A stretch of DNA of 64,000 nt, taken from an uncultured virus (IMG/VR IMGVR_UViG_3300002026_001292) (taxonomy: Duplodnaviria; Heunggongvirae; Uroviricota; Caudoviricetes). A program made the position numbers and the translations under genes. The stretch lies in the IMG/VR virus record IMGVR_UViG_3300002026_001292; one strand, written 5' to 3'. Below are positions 34,953 to 43,723 of the stretch, in pieces (positions within the stretch are counted from its first letter, which is position 1; the number at the start of each line of letters is the position of its first letter). The notes below the pieces were generated by a model. It saw only the letters and a program-made list of their open reading frames with translations, was not told the origin of the DNA and made no database searches.

Positions 34953-34997
34953 TTTGTATAATAGATGTATCAAAGTAAAAATCAATAGGAGTAAAAC

Positions 34998-35606
34998 ATG
35001 TCACAAAGAAAAATATCAGAATGTATTAATGTAAGGATTAACGTTGGTAATTATCAGCATATCGAATTAAGTAAATATGCGGAAGAGACTGTAGAATATT
35101 CTTCCAAAGAGGAGCTTATTCAAAAGGAAGACTCATTGAGAGATGACCTTATTGCAAGTGTAATGCGTAGTATGAAAGCAATTCCAGAGAGACTTGGTAA
35201 AGGTGTTGAAGCTGCAATTGAGGTAGAAGAGTCTATCAAGAAAGCGATTCCTTCATGGCTTGAAAACGGTGCAGTTCCAAATATCGCCAATCTTCCTAAG
35301 AAAAAGAATCTACAAGATGTGGCTGAGCAAAAGAATAATAAGGATGGAGCTGCCAAAAATCTCGCTGAAGTAACAGAGACAGTTGTTCCTGAAGTAAAGG
35401 CTGAAGAAAAAAAATCAACAGTGACTGTCGTGACTACAAAAACTCCAGTTAGTACTGATGACCTTTTTGAAGATGATTCTCTTGTGACTACATTTGAATC
35501 AAATAATGTTGTCCCACTAGATAAGGTTGAGACTAAGGTTGAGAAAAGTGCAGAATTAGACGGATTTTTTGATGATGACGATGACGATTTGTTTGGTGAT
35601 AAATAA
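34998..35606 (+). CDS. hypothetical protein with acidic tail
   Basis: INVGNYQH motif; DDDDDDLF tail. Confidence 0.6.
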   Translation: MSQRKISECINVRINVGNYQHIELSKYAEETVEYSSKEELIQKEDSLRDDLIASVMRSMKAIPERLGKGVEAAIEVEESIKKAIPSWLENGAVPNIANLPKKKNLQDVAEQKNNKDGAAKNLAEVTETVVPEVKAEEKKSTVTVVTTKTPVSTDDLFEDDSLVTTFESNNVVPLDKVETKVEKSAELDGFFDDDDDDLFGDK

Positions 35607-35619
35607 CATAAGGAGAAAA

Positions 35620-35958
35620 ATGAAAGAAATGAAGTTGGAAAGAATTAGTAGTGAAGAGTTGATTACAATGTTTGAAGAAGCCTTTGAACATCAAGTGGCT
35701 CAATTGAACGATATTGAATCTTTTGGGGTTGAATGTAACGAACGAGGTATGGGTAAGCCTGTACAAATCAACGTTGACATTTCTGGGCATGCAGGAACAC
35801 CAACGGTAGATCAGTTCAAGCGTGGTGATGTTGAAGGTAGTGAGTCTGTAACTATATCTCGCGATGATATTGGCGAGAAAACATTCAAACTAGTTAAGAA
35901 CCTTACGACTTATGTTAGTGGCAATGATTATTTGGTTGTATACGAAGCAGCAGTTTAA
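35620..35958 (+). CDS. hypothetical protein
   Basis: AAGGAG RBS before ATG 35620. Confidence 0.6.
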   Translation: MKEMKLERISSEELITMFEEAFEHQVAQLNDIESFGVECNERGMGKPVQINVDISGHAGTPTVDQFKRGDVEGSESVTISRDDIGEKTFKLVKNLTTYVSGNDYLVVYEAAV

Positions 35959-35978
35959 AAATATCTTAGGTTAATAAA

Positions 35979-36755
35979 ATGGCTAAAGACGACATATTAG
36001 GGGATGATTTTTTCGATGAGCTTAATGCTGATGAGGCTGTCGTAAATGAAGCTGAACCATTGGAAGAAGATATTCCAGAATCAAAATATTCAATACCAGT
36101 GGTTGACCTATCTAGCCATTTGCCAAAACTGGTTGGAGATAATGTACCTAAAGATTATCAATGCGTAATCGACAGGTTTATCTCTATGTATATGACTTTG
36201 CCAATTATTAATTATGATGCTATACACAAGGAACTTTCTGAGTTAAATGTAGATTCAAGTCCTACGCCAACGTTGCAATTAATTAATCTTAAATTGCAAA
36301 GGGTACAGGCGAGTAAAGATAGATTGGCTGAAATATATCAACAAGTAATTAGATGTTATACGTTTAAGAAGAGAGCGGTAAACGTTTTAAGTGAAGCATG
36401 GAACAAATTTGCGGAAGGTTCGAGTGCAGATAAAAGAAAATCTGATTCGTCTTTTAGATTAAGCGAATTTCAAGCCGATTTAGCTCAAGTAGAAGCTTTG
36501 TATAGTGTTTGCGAGCATATTCTTAGGAATTTGGATAGTCAAAGTAATTCTATATCTAGGCAAATAACAATAATACAGTCTCAGTTGAAAATGTTTGATA
36601 TGGGTCGCGGTGCATTGCCTGATTTTGACTTCAACAAATCGGCACTTAATGAGGGATTTGAGTCATTAGGTACGCCTGTTGAATCAGAAAACAATGAACA
36701 CAATAATGAAGTAGATGTCACGGAAAGAAGAAGTGCAGAAGAATTATCTTTTTGA
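35979..36755 (+). CDS. helical protein, possible recombination mediator (UvsY-like)
   Basis: Coiled-coil, SADKRK motif, next to ssb/recA; weak. Confidence 0.35.
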   Translation: MAKDDILGDDFFDELNADEAVVNEAEPLEEDIPESKYSIPVVDLSSHLPKLVGDNVPKDYQCVIDRFISMYMTLPIINYDAIHKELSELNVDSSPTPTLQLINLKLQRVQASKDRLAEIYQQVIRCYTFKKRAVNVLSEAWNKFAEGSSADKRKSDSSFRLSEFQADLAQVEALYSVCEHILRNLDSQSNSISRQITIIQSQLKMFDMGRGALPDFDFNKSALNEGFESLGTPVESENNEHNNEVDVTERRSAEELSF

Positions 36756-36853
36756 AAAATTTTCTGAAAAACGAAAAATTTTCTGAAAAAAAATGTATAA
36801 TTAAGATGTAAACAAACAACGAAGATGAACAACAACAAAAAGGGAGGTAGCAG

Positions 36854-37618
36854 ATGAGCGACAAGACACAAGCTAATGTAGGTAGTTGGGATAGCGATTT
36901 TCCACCAGAAGATGAGAAAAAGAGTGGTGGTGGGGAAGGTGGTGGCGATGCAAAGCGTTTGCCATTTATGAAATTCGAAAAGCCAGGTAATTATACGATT
37001 CGCTTGGTTGGTAATCATGTTAAGTTTCGTAGACATTGGGCACCGTTTACGGATCGAGTGATTACGCATGATGATTACAAGGATCAAGATCCAGCATGGC
37101 AGGCGGGTTTCTATCCTCGTGAAACATTTGCGATTCATGTTATTGACAGAGCTGACGGCAAGTTGAAGATTCTTGAAAAGGGTCGCAGCTTGTTTAAGCA
37201 GTTCGCCAGTTATAAGATCGTAAATGAGATCAATCCTGCTGGCAAGGAAGGTCCAGATTGGGTGATTACGCTAGAGTGGCCAGCGGGTAATAAGCGTCAG
37301 GCTAAGTATTCTGCAACGGCAAAGGCGAAAGCAGCCCCATTTACGGCAGAAGAAGTTGAAATGATTAAGGCTTCTAAGGCTCCTTTGATTGAGATCTATG
37401 CTTCCACACCATTGGCGAAAATTCAGGAACTTTGGGATGCCCTTCCTGATGAAGCTAAGATTCCACCAAAGAAGGATGAGAATGGTAATGAGCATGAGGA
37501 TAAGCCAAAGGCAAAGCCAGCAGCAAGCAAGCCAGCCAAGGTAGAAGAGACGATGCCTGATTCTCCAGCCGAATCTGATGATTTGTTTGGCGATACCGAA
37601 GATGATACATCGTTTTAA
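36854..37618 (+). CDS. phage single-stranded DNA-binding protein (gp32-like)
   Basis: IRL, RHW, VIDRADG..KILE, Y.ATA, acidic C-terminus ending in F. Confidence 0.7.
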   Translation: MSDKTQANVGSWDSDFPPEDEKKSGGGEGGGDAKRLPFMKFEKPGNYTIRLVGNHVKFRRHWAPFTDRVITHDDYKDQDPAWQAGFYPRETFAIHVIDRADGKLKILEKGRSLFKQFASYKIVNEINPAGKEGPDWVITLEWPAGNKRQAKYSATAKAKAAPFTAEEVEMIKASKAPLIEIYASTPLAKIQELWDALPDEAKIPPKKDENGNEHEDKPKAKPAASKPAKVEETMPDSPAESDDLFGDTEDDTSF

Positions 37619-37629
37619 TAAGTAATGTA

Positions 37630-37668
37630 ATAGCTGAGTTAGAGTAAAATCTAACTCGGCTATTTTTA
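37630..37668 (+). terminator. intrinsic terminator
   Basis: ATAGCTGAGTTAGA/TCTAACTCGGCTAT + T-run. Confidence 0.75.
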
Positions 37669-37689
37669 TATGGATAAATAAGGAGAAAA

Positions 37690-38934
37690 ATGGCAACTGT
37701 TAAACAAAGTGCTGTTACAAATTCAAAAAAACCAAAGTCTATAGAGACTATTTTGGCTAATATTGAAAAGTCTATGAAGAATACTGGTGCTCCAGTTGTA
37801 GAAAAAGCCCCTACTATGAAGGACTTTTCTATGGTTCCTGTTATATCATTCGGTTTTGCGGATGTTGATGCGGCGAGTTTTTGCGGCGGCATTCCACAAG
37901 GTAAATTGGTAGAAATATTTGGACCAGAATCAGGTGGTAAATCTCTTTTGTCATTGAATTTAATTGCTTCGGCTCAGAAGTCTGGAATGGCATGTTGTTT
38001 GGTTGATGCAGAAAACTCATACGACCCTATTTGGGCTGATTCGCATGGAGTTTGCACTGATGACCTTTATATCATGAGAAGTCCTATTTCGGCAGAGCAA
38101 ATTCTTGAATATGTAGATAAGCTTTGCGAGAGTGGAGTGTTCGGTTTGATTGTTATTGATTCAACTGCTGCTTTGATTCCTCTGAAAGAATTAGAAGGTA
38201 GCATTACAGATCAGAACTATGCCTTACTTGCTAGAGCTATGTCAACAGCATGTAGGAAGATTGTTTCTCATTGTTCTGTTACTAATACAACTTGTGTATT
38301 CTTGAATCAGATTAGAGATAAGATGGGCGTTATGTTTGGGTCTCCAGAAACCACACCAGGCGGTAAGGCACTTAAATTCTACGCTCATCAAAGAATCAGG
38401 GTTACTCCTGGTAAGAAGATTAAAGTTCAAGAGGGTGAGAAGGAAATCATTATCGCAAGACAGAGTTTTATTCAGTTCGTTAAGAATAAAGCTGCCAGAC
38501 CTTTCGGTGAATGTATTATGGAGATTGTTTTCGATAAGACCGCTAGAAATCCTGTTGTTAAGCTTTGTAAGGTAGCCAAGGATTATAAGGTTGTGTCTTT
38601 GAGAGAAGGTACTTTCCGTATTTCCAAAGAGTTATTTGATGGATGCAAAAAGAATGTAGATACTGGTGCGAAGACTTCTGTAGAACTAGCAGATTATCTA
38701 GTTAAGGAAGAACTTGTGAATGTTGTTCTTGAAGCTTTCGTTTCAAATTACACTGATGAGCATGGTAGCGAAGATAAGATTGACAAAGACATATTGGCGT
38801 TAAGAGACGATCCTACGTTAATTGTGTCGCCTTTAAATGGTGCTATTGTCGATACTATTAACAATGATGCTCCATCTATTACTAATCAAGATATCGAGGA
38901 CACAGATGGTGGACTTGATCTTGGCGACGAATAA
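37690..38934 (+). CDS. recA: RecA recombinase
   Basis: GPESGGKS, DAEN, IDSTAAL, NQIR, ETTPGGKALKFYA. Confidence 0.95.
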   Translation: MATVKQSAVTNSKKPKSIETILANIEKSMKNTGAPVVEKAPTMKDFSMVPVISFGFADVDAASFCGGIPQGKLVEIFGPESGGKSLLSLNLIASAQKSGMACCLVDAENSYDPIWADSHGVCTDDLYIMRSPISAEQILEYVDKLCESGVFGLIVIDSTAALIPLKELEGSITDQNYALLARAMSTACRKIVSHCSVTNTTCVFLNQIRDKMGVMFGSPETTPGGKALKFYAHQRIRVTPGKKIKVQEGEKEIIIARQSFIQFVKNKAARPFGECIMEIVFDKTARNPVVKLCKVAKDYKVVSLREGTFRISKELFDGCKKNVDTGAKTSVELADYLVKEELVNVVLEAFVSNYTDEHGSEDKIDKDILALRDDPTLIVSPLNGAIVDTINNDAPSITNQDIEDTDGGLDLGDE

Positions 38935-38943
38935 AGGAGAAAA

Positions 38944-39171
38944 ATGACAGTTGAAGAAATAAAGATGTTCAATTTAGGAGTTCAGGTTAAAGAAGTTGAA
39001 ATTGAAATTATGAAACAGCAAGTCGAATTGTTGAAGGCTCAGGTTGAATATACTAAGGCTCAAACAAAATCGATTGAATACAATGATTCGTTTAGGTATG
39101 CGTCAGGCGGTACTATTTCAACTATTTCAAATAATGTAAATACTAATTCAAATGGTGCATATACTAATTGA
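38944..39171 (+). CDS. small coiled-coil protein
   Basis: AAGGAG RBS. Confidence 0.5.
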   Translation: MTVEEIKMFNLGVQVKEVEIEIMKQQVELLKAQVEYTKAQTKSIEYNDSFRYASGGTISTISNNVNTNSNGAYTN

Positions 39172-39187
39172 ATTGTAAAGGATTGAT

Positions 39188-39991
39188 ATGTCGGACTTGC
39201 TCCCATTTTTGCAATCGTGTAACAATGATTTATTGAATGGGACAAGTCAGGACATAGATTCTGCTAGAAAATATTTGTTAAATGACAGAAAAATACTTGA
39301 AGAAAGCATAAAATGTCATACAATAGGGTATTGCGGGAAAGATATTGACATACCAGATAACGTTCGTTTTTTTGGAACAATTGATAAAGAAAACAAATGG
39401 GACATTTCTAGTAGGGTAAAAGGTAGGATTATCGTACCTATATATTCGGAGAGCGGCAAGGCTGTAGCATTTGCAACGAGAGTTCCTACAACTGAACCTG
39501 GGAATCCTTGGTGGAATTTACCAAGTCCGTTTCACAAAGGTAATCATTTATTTTTGTTTGATAAAGCGAAAAAAGAGATTTATACTAAGAACAAGATATA
39601 TATTGTTGAGGGCTATATAGACGCATTAATGTTGTATCAGCATGGTCTAAAGAATGTAGTTGCTATTATGGGTACTGCATATACTTTAAGAAAGCTTGGT
39701 TTGACGGCTAGATACTGTAATAATGTATGTTTATGTTTCGATACGGATGCAAATGAAGCTGGCACTAAGGCTAAGAAGATGTCTATTGCTATATTAAACA
39801 AGTATTCATTTTGCGAATCTATTAGTACGATTGATGGTTTGCCAACAGGAGACGACCCTGCTTCATTTGTTGGACGAGAAGGTATAGGTAAGTTTTTAGA
39901 GATGGAAAGAGTTATCGATGAAGAAGAAATTGTAAGAACATGCATTGAAATTTCGAAAGGCAAAAGCGGTAAACTTCTTGATGCAAAATAA
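39188..39991 (+). CDS. dnaG: DnaG-type primase catalytic/TOPRIM domain (no Zn-binding domain)
   Basis: RIIVPI, F.TR, VEGYID, MGTA, FDTD.AG, DP. Confidence 0.88.
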   Translation: MSDLLPFLQSCNNDLLNGTSQDIDSARKYLLNDRKILEESIKCHTIGYCGKDIDIPDNVRFFGTIDKENKWDISSRVKGRIIVPIYSESGKAVAFATRVPTTEPGNPWWNLPSPFHKGNHLFLFDKAKKEIYTKNKIYIVEGYIDALMLYQHGLKNVVAIMGTAYTLRKLGLTARYCNNVCLCFDTDANEAGTKAKKMSIAILNKYSFCESISTIDGLPTGDDPASFVGREGIGKFLEMERVIDEEEIVRTCIEISKGKSGKLLDAK

Positions 39992-40652
39992 ATACATAAA
40001 ACAATCTACCAAATTACTATCGGCATTAGAATTCCCTATAAAAGATGAAATAAAAAGAGGGAATTCTGACTTTAATCACGAAGTATTTAATGTTCTGCAT
40101 TTAACAGAATGCCCACGTCGTATGATGTATCGGGCTAACAATTGTGAAGTCGAAAATAAAAATATTTTAGTTGATTTTCATTCTAAATATCATAAGATCA
40201 AATGGTTGGATATATTTTCGAATTCAAAAGGAATAACTGTTTTAGATAAAAATATTTTGGCAGCAGATTCAGAATATAACATAGTTGGTAAAGTTGATGC
40301 AATCATATCATGCGGAAGTTACGTTAGCGTACTACTGATAGATTCAATTGATGAAAGCTCGTATGAGATTGCAATAAAGAATGGAGGTCTACGACAACAA
40401 ATAGTAGCATTAATGACATCAATGTGGCTTACTGAAGTTAATAATGGTGTATTATTATGCGAGAACAAAAATACAAATGATTATTTTTTATCACATGTTA
40501 TAATTAGTAATGCAATTATTAACGGGGTAAAAACAAAATGTAGAAAATTAATGGAAAATAAAATCTTACAGCAATTTCCTTCCAGACCTTATAAGACAAA
40601 TGATTGTGAGGAATGTAAAAGTTGCGAATATAAAGATAAATGCTGGGAATAA
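39981..40652 (+). CDS. Cas4/AddB-like PD-(D/E)xK Fe-S protein, catalytic motif degenerate
   Basis: CPRR...GKVD...Q...CKSCEYKDKC. Confidence 0.65.
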   Translation: MQNKYIKQSTKLLSALEFPIKDEIKRGNSDFNHEVFNVLHLTECPRRMMYRANNCEVENKNILVDFHSKYHKIKWLDIFSNSKGITVLDKNILAADSEYNIVGKVDAIISCGSYVSVLLIDSIDESSYEIAIKNGGLRQQIVALMTSMWLTEVNNGVLLCENKNTNDYFLSHVIISNAIINGVKTKCRKLMENKILQQFPSRPYKTNDCEECKSCEYKDKCWE

Positions 40653-40672
40653 ACAAAAGGAGAAGTAGGGAT

Positions 40673-41575
40673 ATGGAAGTTATTAATAAAACAATCGAAA
40701 GTGTTAAGACTCATGAAGCTAAATTTGTTGATGAAAATGATCAAAATGAACCAGTTTCGATTGACAGGTATGAAGAAGATGCGGCGGTTGAAGCGTTCCA
40801 GAAGACAGGCGATTTAAAAATATTAGAAGACGTATATAAGGCTAGAATCCCAACTATTAGGAGTTGGGCTAATAAAAATTATTATACAGGACTTGCATTC
40901 AGTGTAGAGGATTTGTTTTCAGATTTTTCTATTGTATTCGTAATGGCGGCTGAAAAATATAATAGAAGTAGAGGCGCATTTAATACATGGTTGTTTACAT
41001 TATTTTCGAATAGACTTAAAAATATCAAAAACAGTAAACATGCGAAGAAGAGACGTTCTGAAGAGTATAGCGGACCAGCAGTTGGGATGATTCTTTCTTT
41101 AGACTATGCATACAATACAAGTGACGGTTCGGAAGTTACGCTTAAAGATGTTATCCCATCTGACAATCCAACCGAAACCGATTATGTTTTAACAAACACT
41201 TATATGGATGAAACATTAAACGTTCTGTCCAATAACGATGAAAATTTCAAACAGTTCTTGTCTAAGATAGGCGATGGTAATAGTTTGGTCTCTTTAATCA
41301 GAGAATATAAGACTAGACAAGGTACAATTAACGTTTCAACCGATGATGCTAAGAAATTCTCATCACGCAATTGTAAACGCTTAGTTACTGATTTGATTAA
41401 GGATAAGATTGATGATGACTTTAAGCTCTTGGGCTACAAAATTGAAGGGACTAGCCGCCTTAGATATGAAGTCGAATTGAAGAGAACAGAAGAGACAGAT
41501 AAATTCATGAAATCACTTCGTGAAATTCGCAAGAACAAAGAATCTTATATGGACAAGTTAGAGCGAGTCTGTTAA
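40673..41575 (+). CDS. RNA polymerase sigma70-family factor (divergent)
   Basis: EDL...AAEKYN.SRGAFNTW..NRL region 2; SLD. Confidence 0.7.
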   Translation: MEVINKTIESVKTHEAKFVDENDQNEPVSIDRYEEDAAVEAFQKTGDLKILEDVYKARIPTIRSWANKNYYTGLAFSVEDLFSDFSIVFVMAAEKYNRSRGAFNTWLFTLFSNRLKNIKNSKHAKKRRSEEYSGPAVGMILSLDYAYNTSDGSEVTLKDVIPSDNPTETDYVLTNTYMDETLNVLSNNDENFKQFLSKIGDGNSLVSLIREYKTRQGTINVSTDDAKKFSSRNCKRLVTDLIKDKIDDDFKLLGYKIEGTSRLRYEVELKRTEETDKFMKSLREIRKNKESYMDKLERVC

Positions 41576-41598
41576 TAATATTTTAGCCATTATTCTTA

Positions 41599-41631
41599 AA
41601 AAGAGACTAAGTGAAATTAGTCTCTTTTTTT
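41599..41631 (+). terminator. intrinsic terminator
   Basis: AAAAGAGACTAA/TTAGTCTCTTTTTT. Confidence 0.8.
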
Positions 41632-41721
41632 GTGTAATTTTTTTTCACCTTTTTATGTATAATAGATTTATATAAATTGTTTTTATATTAATGGAGTAAA
41701 AATCGTAAAAAGGAGGACACA

Positions 41722-42405
41722 ATGCATGAAGAGATGGAGGCAGATTTTAACGAGAATGTAAAGATGGCAGAAATCATTGATGACAAACCATCTTTGAAAG
41801 TTGCGGCAGATCCACATGATATCAGTCCAGAAGATCGTAAGAGAAACGTAAAGAAGCTTGCTGGAGCGATCAGTCATTCTTTAAGAACTGGCGGCGAGAT
41901 TAATGTTAGAGCTTTTGGTAATGCCTGTATCGGTAAATCTACAAAGGCTTTGGCAATTGCAAAGTCATATATAGCGGATACTCATAACCTACAATTGGCT
42001 TATTCGCCAGCGTTTTTAACGGCTCAAATTGGAGATAGCACTTTAACAGGAGTTTGTTTTTGCACATTTACTCAGCCCAAAGATCGAGTTGTAGACTTTG
42101 ATAAGGTTAAGAGTGTTCTTATGGTAAAGGCAGATCCTAAAGATATTAGTCCAGAAGATCGTAAGAGAAATGTAAAGAAGCTTGCTGGTGCTATTACTCA
42201 TGCGGTAGAAGAGCATAAGGAATGTTTAATCCGCTGTTTTGGTAACGCAAGTATTGGTAAGGCATGTAAGGCTTTGGCGATTGCAAGAGGATTTACGGCG
42301 ACAAGAGGGCCAGATTTGTACTGCTGGAACGATTTCATTGTCACTAAAATGGGCGATAATGAAAGAACTGGTATCTGTTTTTACGCTTTTGATAATTCAA
42401 TCTAA
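41722..42405 (+). CDS. tandem SpoVS-domain protein
   Basis: Two copies of LKV...KKLAGAI...RAFG.A.I.KA.KALAIA(K/R).(Y/F)...ERTGI. Confidence 0.85.
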   Translation: MHEEMEADFNENVKMAEIIDDKPSLKVAADPHDISPEDRKRNVKKLAGAISHSLRTGGEINVRAFGNACIGKSTKALAIAKSYIADTHNLQLAYSPAFLTAQIGDSTLTGVCFCTFTQPKDRVVDFDKVKSVLMVKADPKDISPEDRKRNVKKLAGAITHAVEEHKECLIRCFGNASIGKACKALAIARGFTATRGPDLYCWNDFIVTKMGDNERTGICFYAFDNSI

Positions 42406-42422
42406 TTGACAAATACTAAATT

Positions 42423-42459
42423 GCAAAAAAAGGAGTAACGCTTGTTACTCCTTTTTTGT
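42423..42459. terminator. probable bidirectional terminator
   Basis: AAAAAAGGAGTAAC/GTTACTCCTTTTTT. Confidence 0.75.
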
Positions 42460-42471
42460 ATAATAACCTAT

Positions 42472-43710
42472 ATGAAAATTTCAGTAATATCCGATTGCCA
42501 TTTGAATAAATCCCTATACAATATTTTCGACAAAGACAATCCATCATTGCCTTTTCGAACTGTTGATTATATGGTTGCTTTTAATTCAATCATCGAGCAG
42601 AATATAAGTGAAATAAAGCCAGACCTTATCGTTATCGCAGGAGATGTTTACGATAGTTTTGATCCTTCTAATGACTTAAGGGCGTTTTTTAATTTACAAT
42701 GCAAAAAAGTAATTGACAAAGGAATTAAATTAATCGTATTGGTCGGCAATCATGATATTTGCAAAAAGCACCACGCATTGTTGCCGATAAAAGTGTTTGA
42801 GCTAAACAATCTTCACATTGTAGACCAGCCAGTTTTAATGAAATTTGGCAATAAGAATTTAATGCTTTTCCCTTATTCTATGGATGTTGAAAGCGGCAAG
42901 ATAAAGATAAAGGAACAATTTCATCAATTTATCAAATCTAGTCATGAAACAATCGCAAATGACCCTGAATTAAAAGGTAACGAATTGTTCTTCTTCGGGC
43001 ACTTTGGAGTAAAAGGGGCGACACTTAAATCATCTGAAAATCAAACTGTTGTGTCTAAGAAAATGGTGAACAAGAATTCAGAGGATATTGGTATTTCCGA
43101 TCTAGAAGATATTAAGGCGGATTATGTATTTTTGGGGGACTATCATCAGTATCAGATATTGCCAACTAAAAATACAATAGCGATGTACACAGGAAGCATT
43201 GAAAAAACGGATATGTCGGAGATTGGACAGGCGAAGGGTTATGTTGTATATGATGACGATAGGACATATGATGAAAAGACTGGTAAGACTTATTTCGTAG
43301 AATATGCCAATTGTAGACCAATGATTGAGCTTAAGGGTAATGCACAAAGTATTATTGAGGCTATAACTAAATTGCCTGACGGTATGGATGGAGCAATTGT
43401 TAAAATATCTTTTGAAGGTGACCGTAAAGAGTTAGTTGATTTTTCGATTGCTTTAGATGCGATAAGAAGTTCAATTAAGGACAAGTTAGATCCAGTTCAC
43501 ATGTTCTCTCAACAAAAGATAATGGGGTTAAATCCTATTGATAAATCAGAAAGCAAACTCGAAGACGCTATTTTTGAAAAGGGGCATTTAGACGAAGAGT
43601 TGGTTATGAAGGTTGTTGAAGAACTAATAAGCGAAAAAGAATCTGATTTAATTGAACAAGCGGCACTGATTGATTTGGCAAAGAGTATATATAAGGAAAC
43701 TTTGTTATAA
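42472..43710 (+). CDS. sbcD: SbcD/Mre11 nuclease
   Basis: SDCH, AGDVYD, GNHD, GH, LGDYH, YTGS. Confidence 0.9.
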   Translation: MKISVISDCHLNKSLYNIFDKDNPSLPFRTVDYMVAFNSIIEQNISEIKPDLIVIAGDVYDSFDPSNDLRAFFNLQCKKVIDKGIKLIVLVGNHDICKKHHALLPIKVFELNNLHIVDQPVLMKFGNKNLMLFPYSMDVESGKIKIKEQFHQFIKSSHETIANDPELKGNELFFFGHFGVKGATLKSSENQTVVSKKMVNKNSEDIGISDLEDIKADYVFLGDYHQYQILPTKNTIAMYTGSIEKTDMSEIGQAKGYVVYDDDRTYDEKTGKTYFVEYANCRPMIELKGNAQSIIEAITKLPDGMDGAIVKISFEGDRKELVDFSIALDAIRSSIKDKLDPVHMFSQQKIMGLNPIDKSESKLEDAIFEKGHLDEELVMKVVEELISEKESDLIEQAALIDLAKSIYKETLL

Positions 43711-43723
43711 AAAGAGAGATGAT

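Noticed and set aside
39981..40652. CRISPR-Cas locus from the Cas4-like gene
   Set aside because: No cas1/cas2 or array; solo Cas4-like genes are common in phage replication blocks
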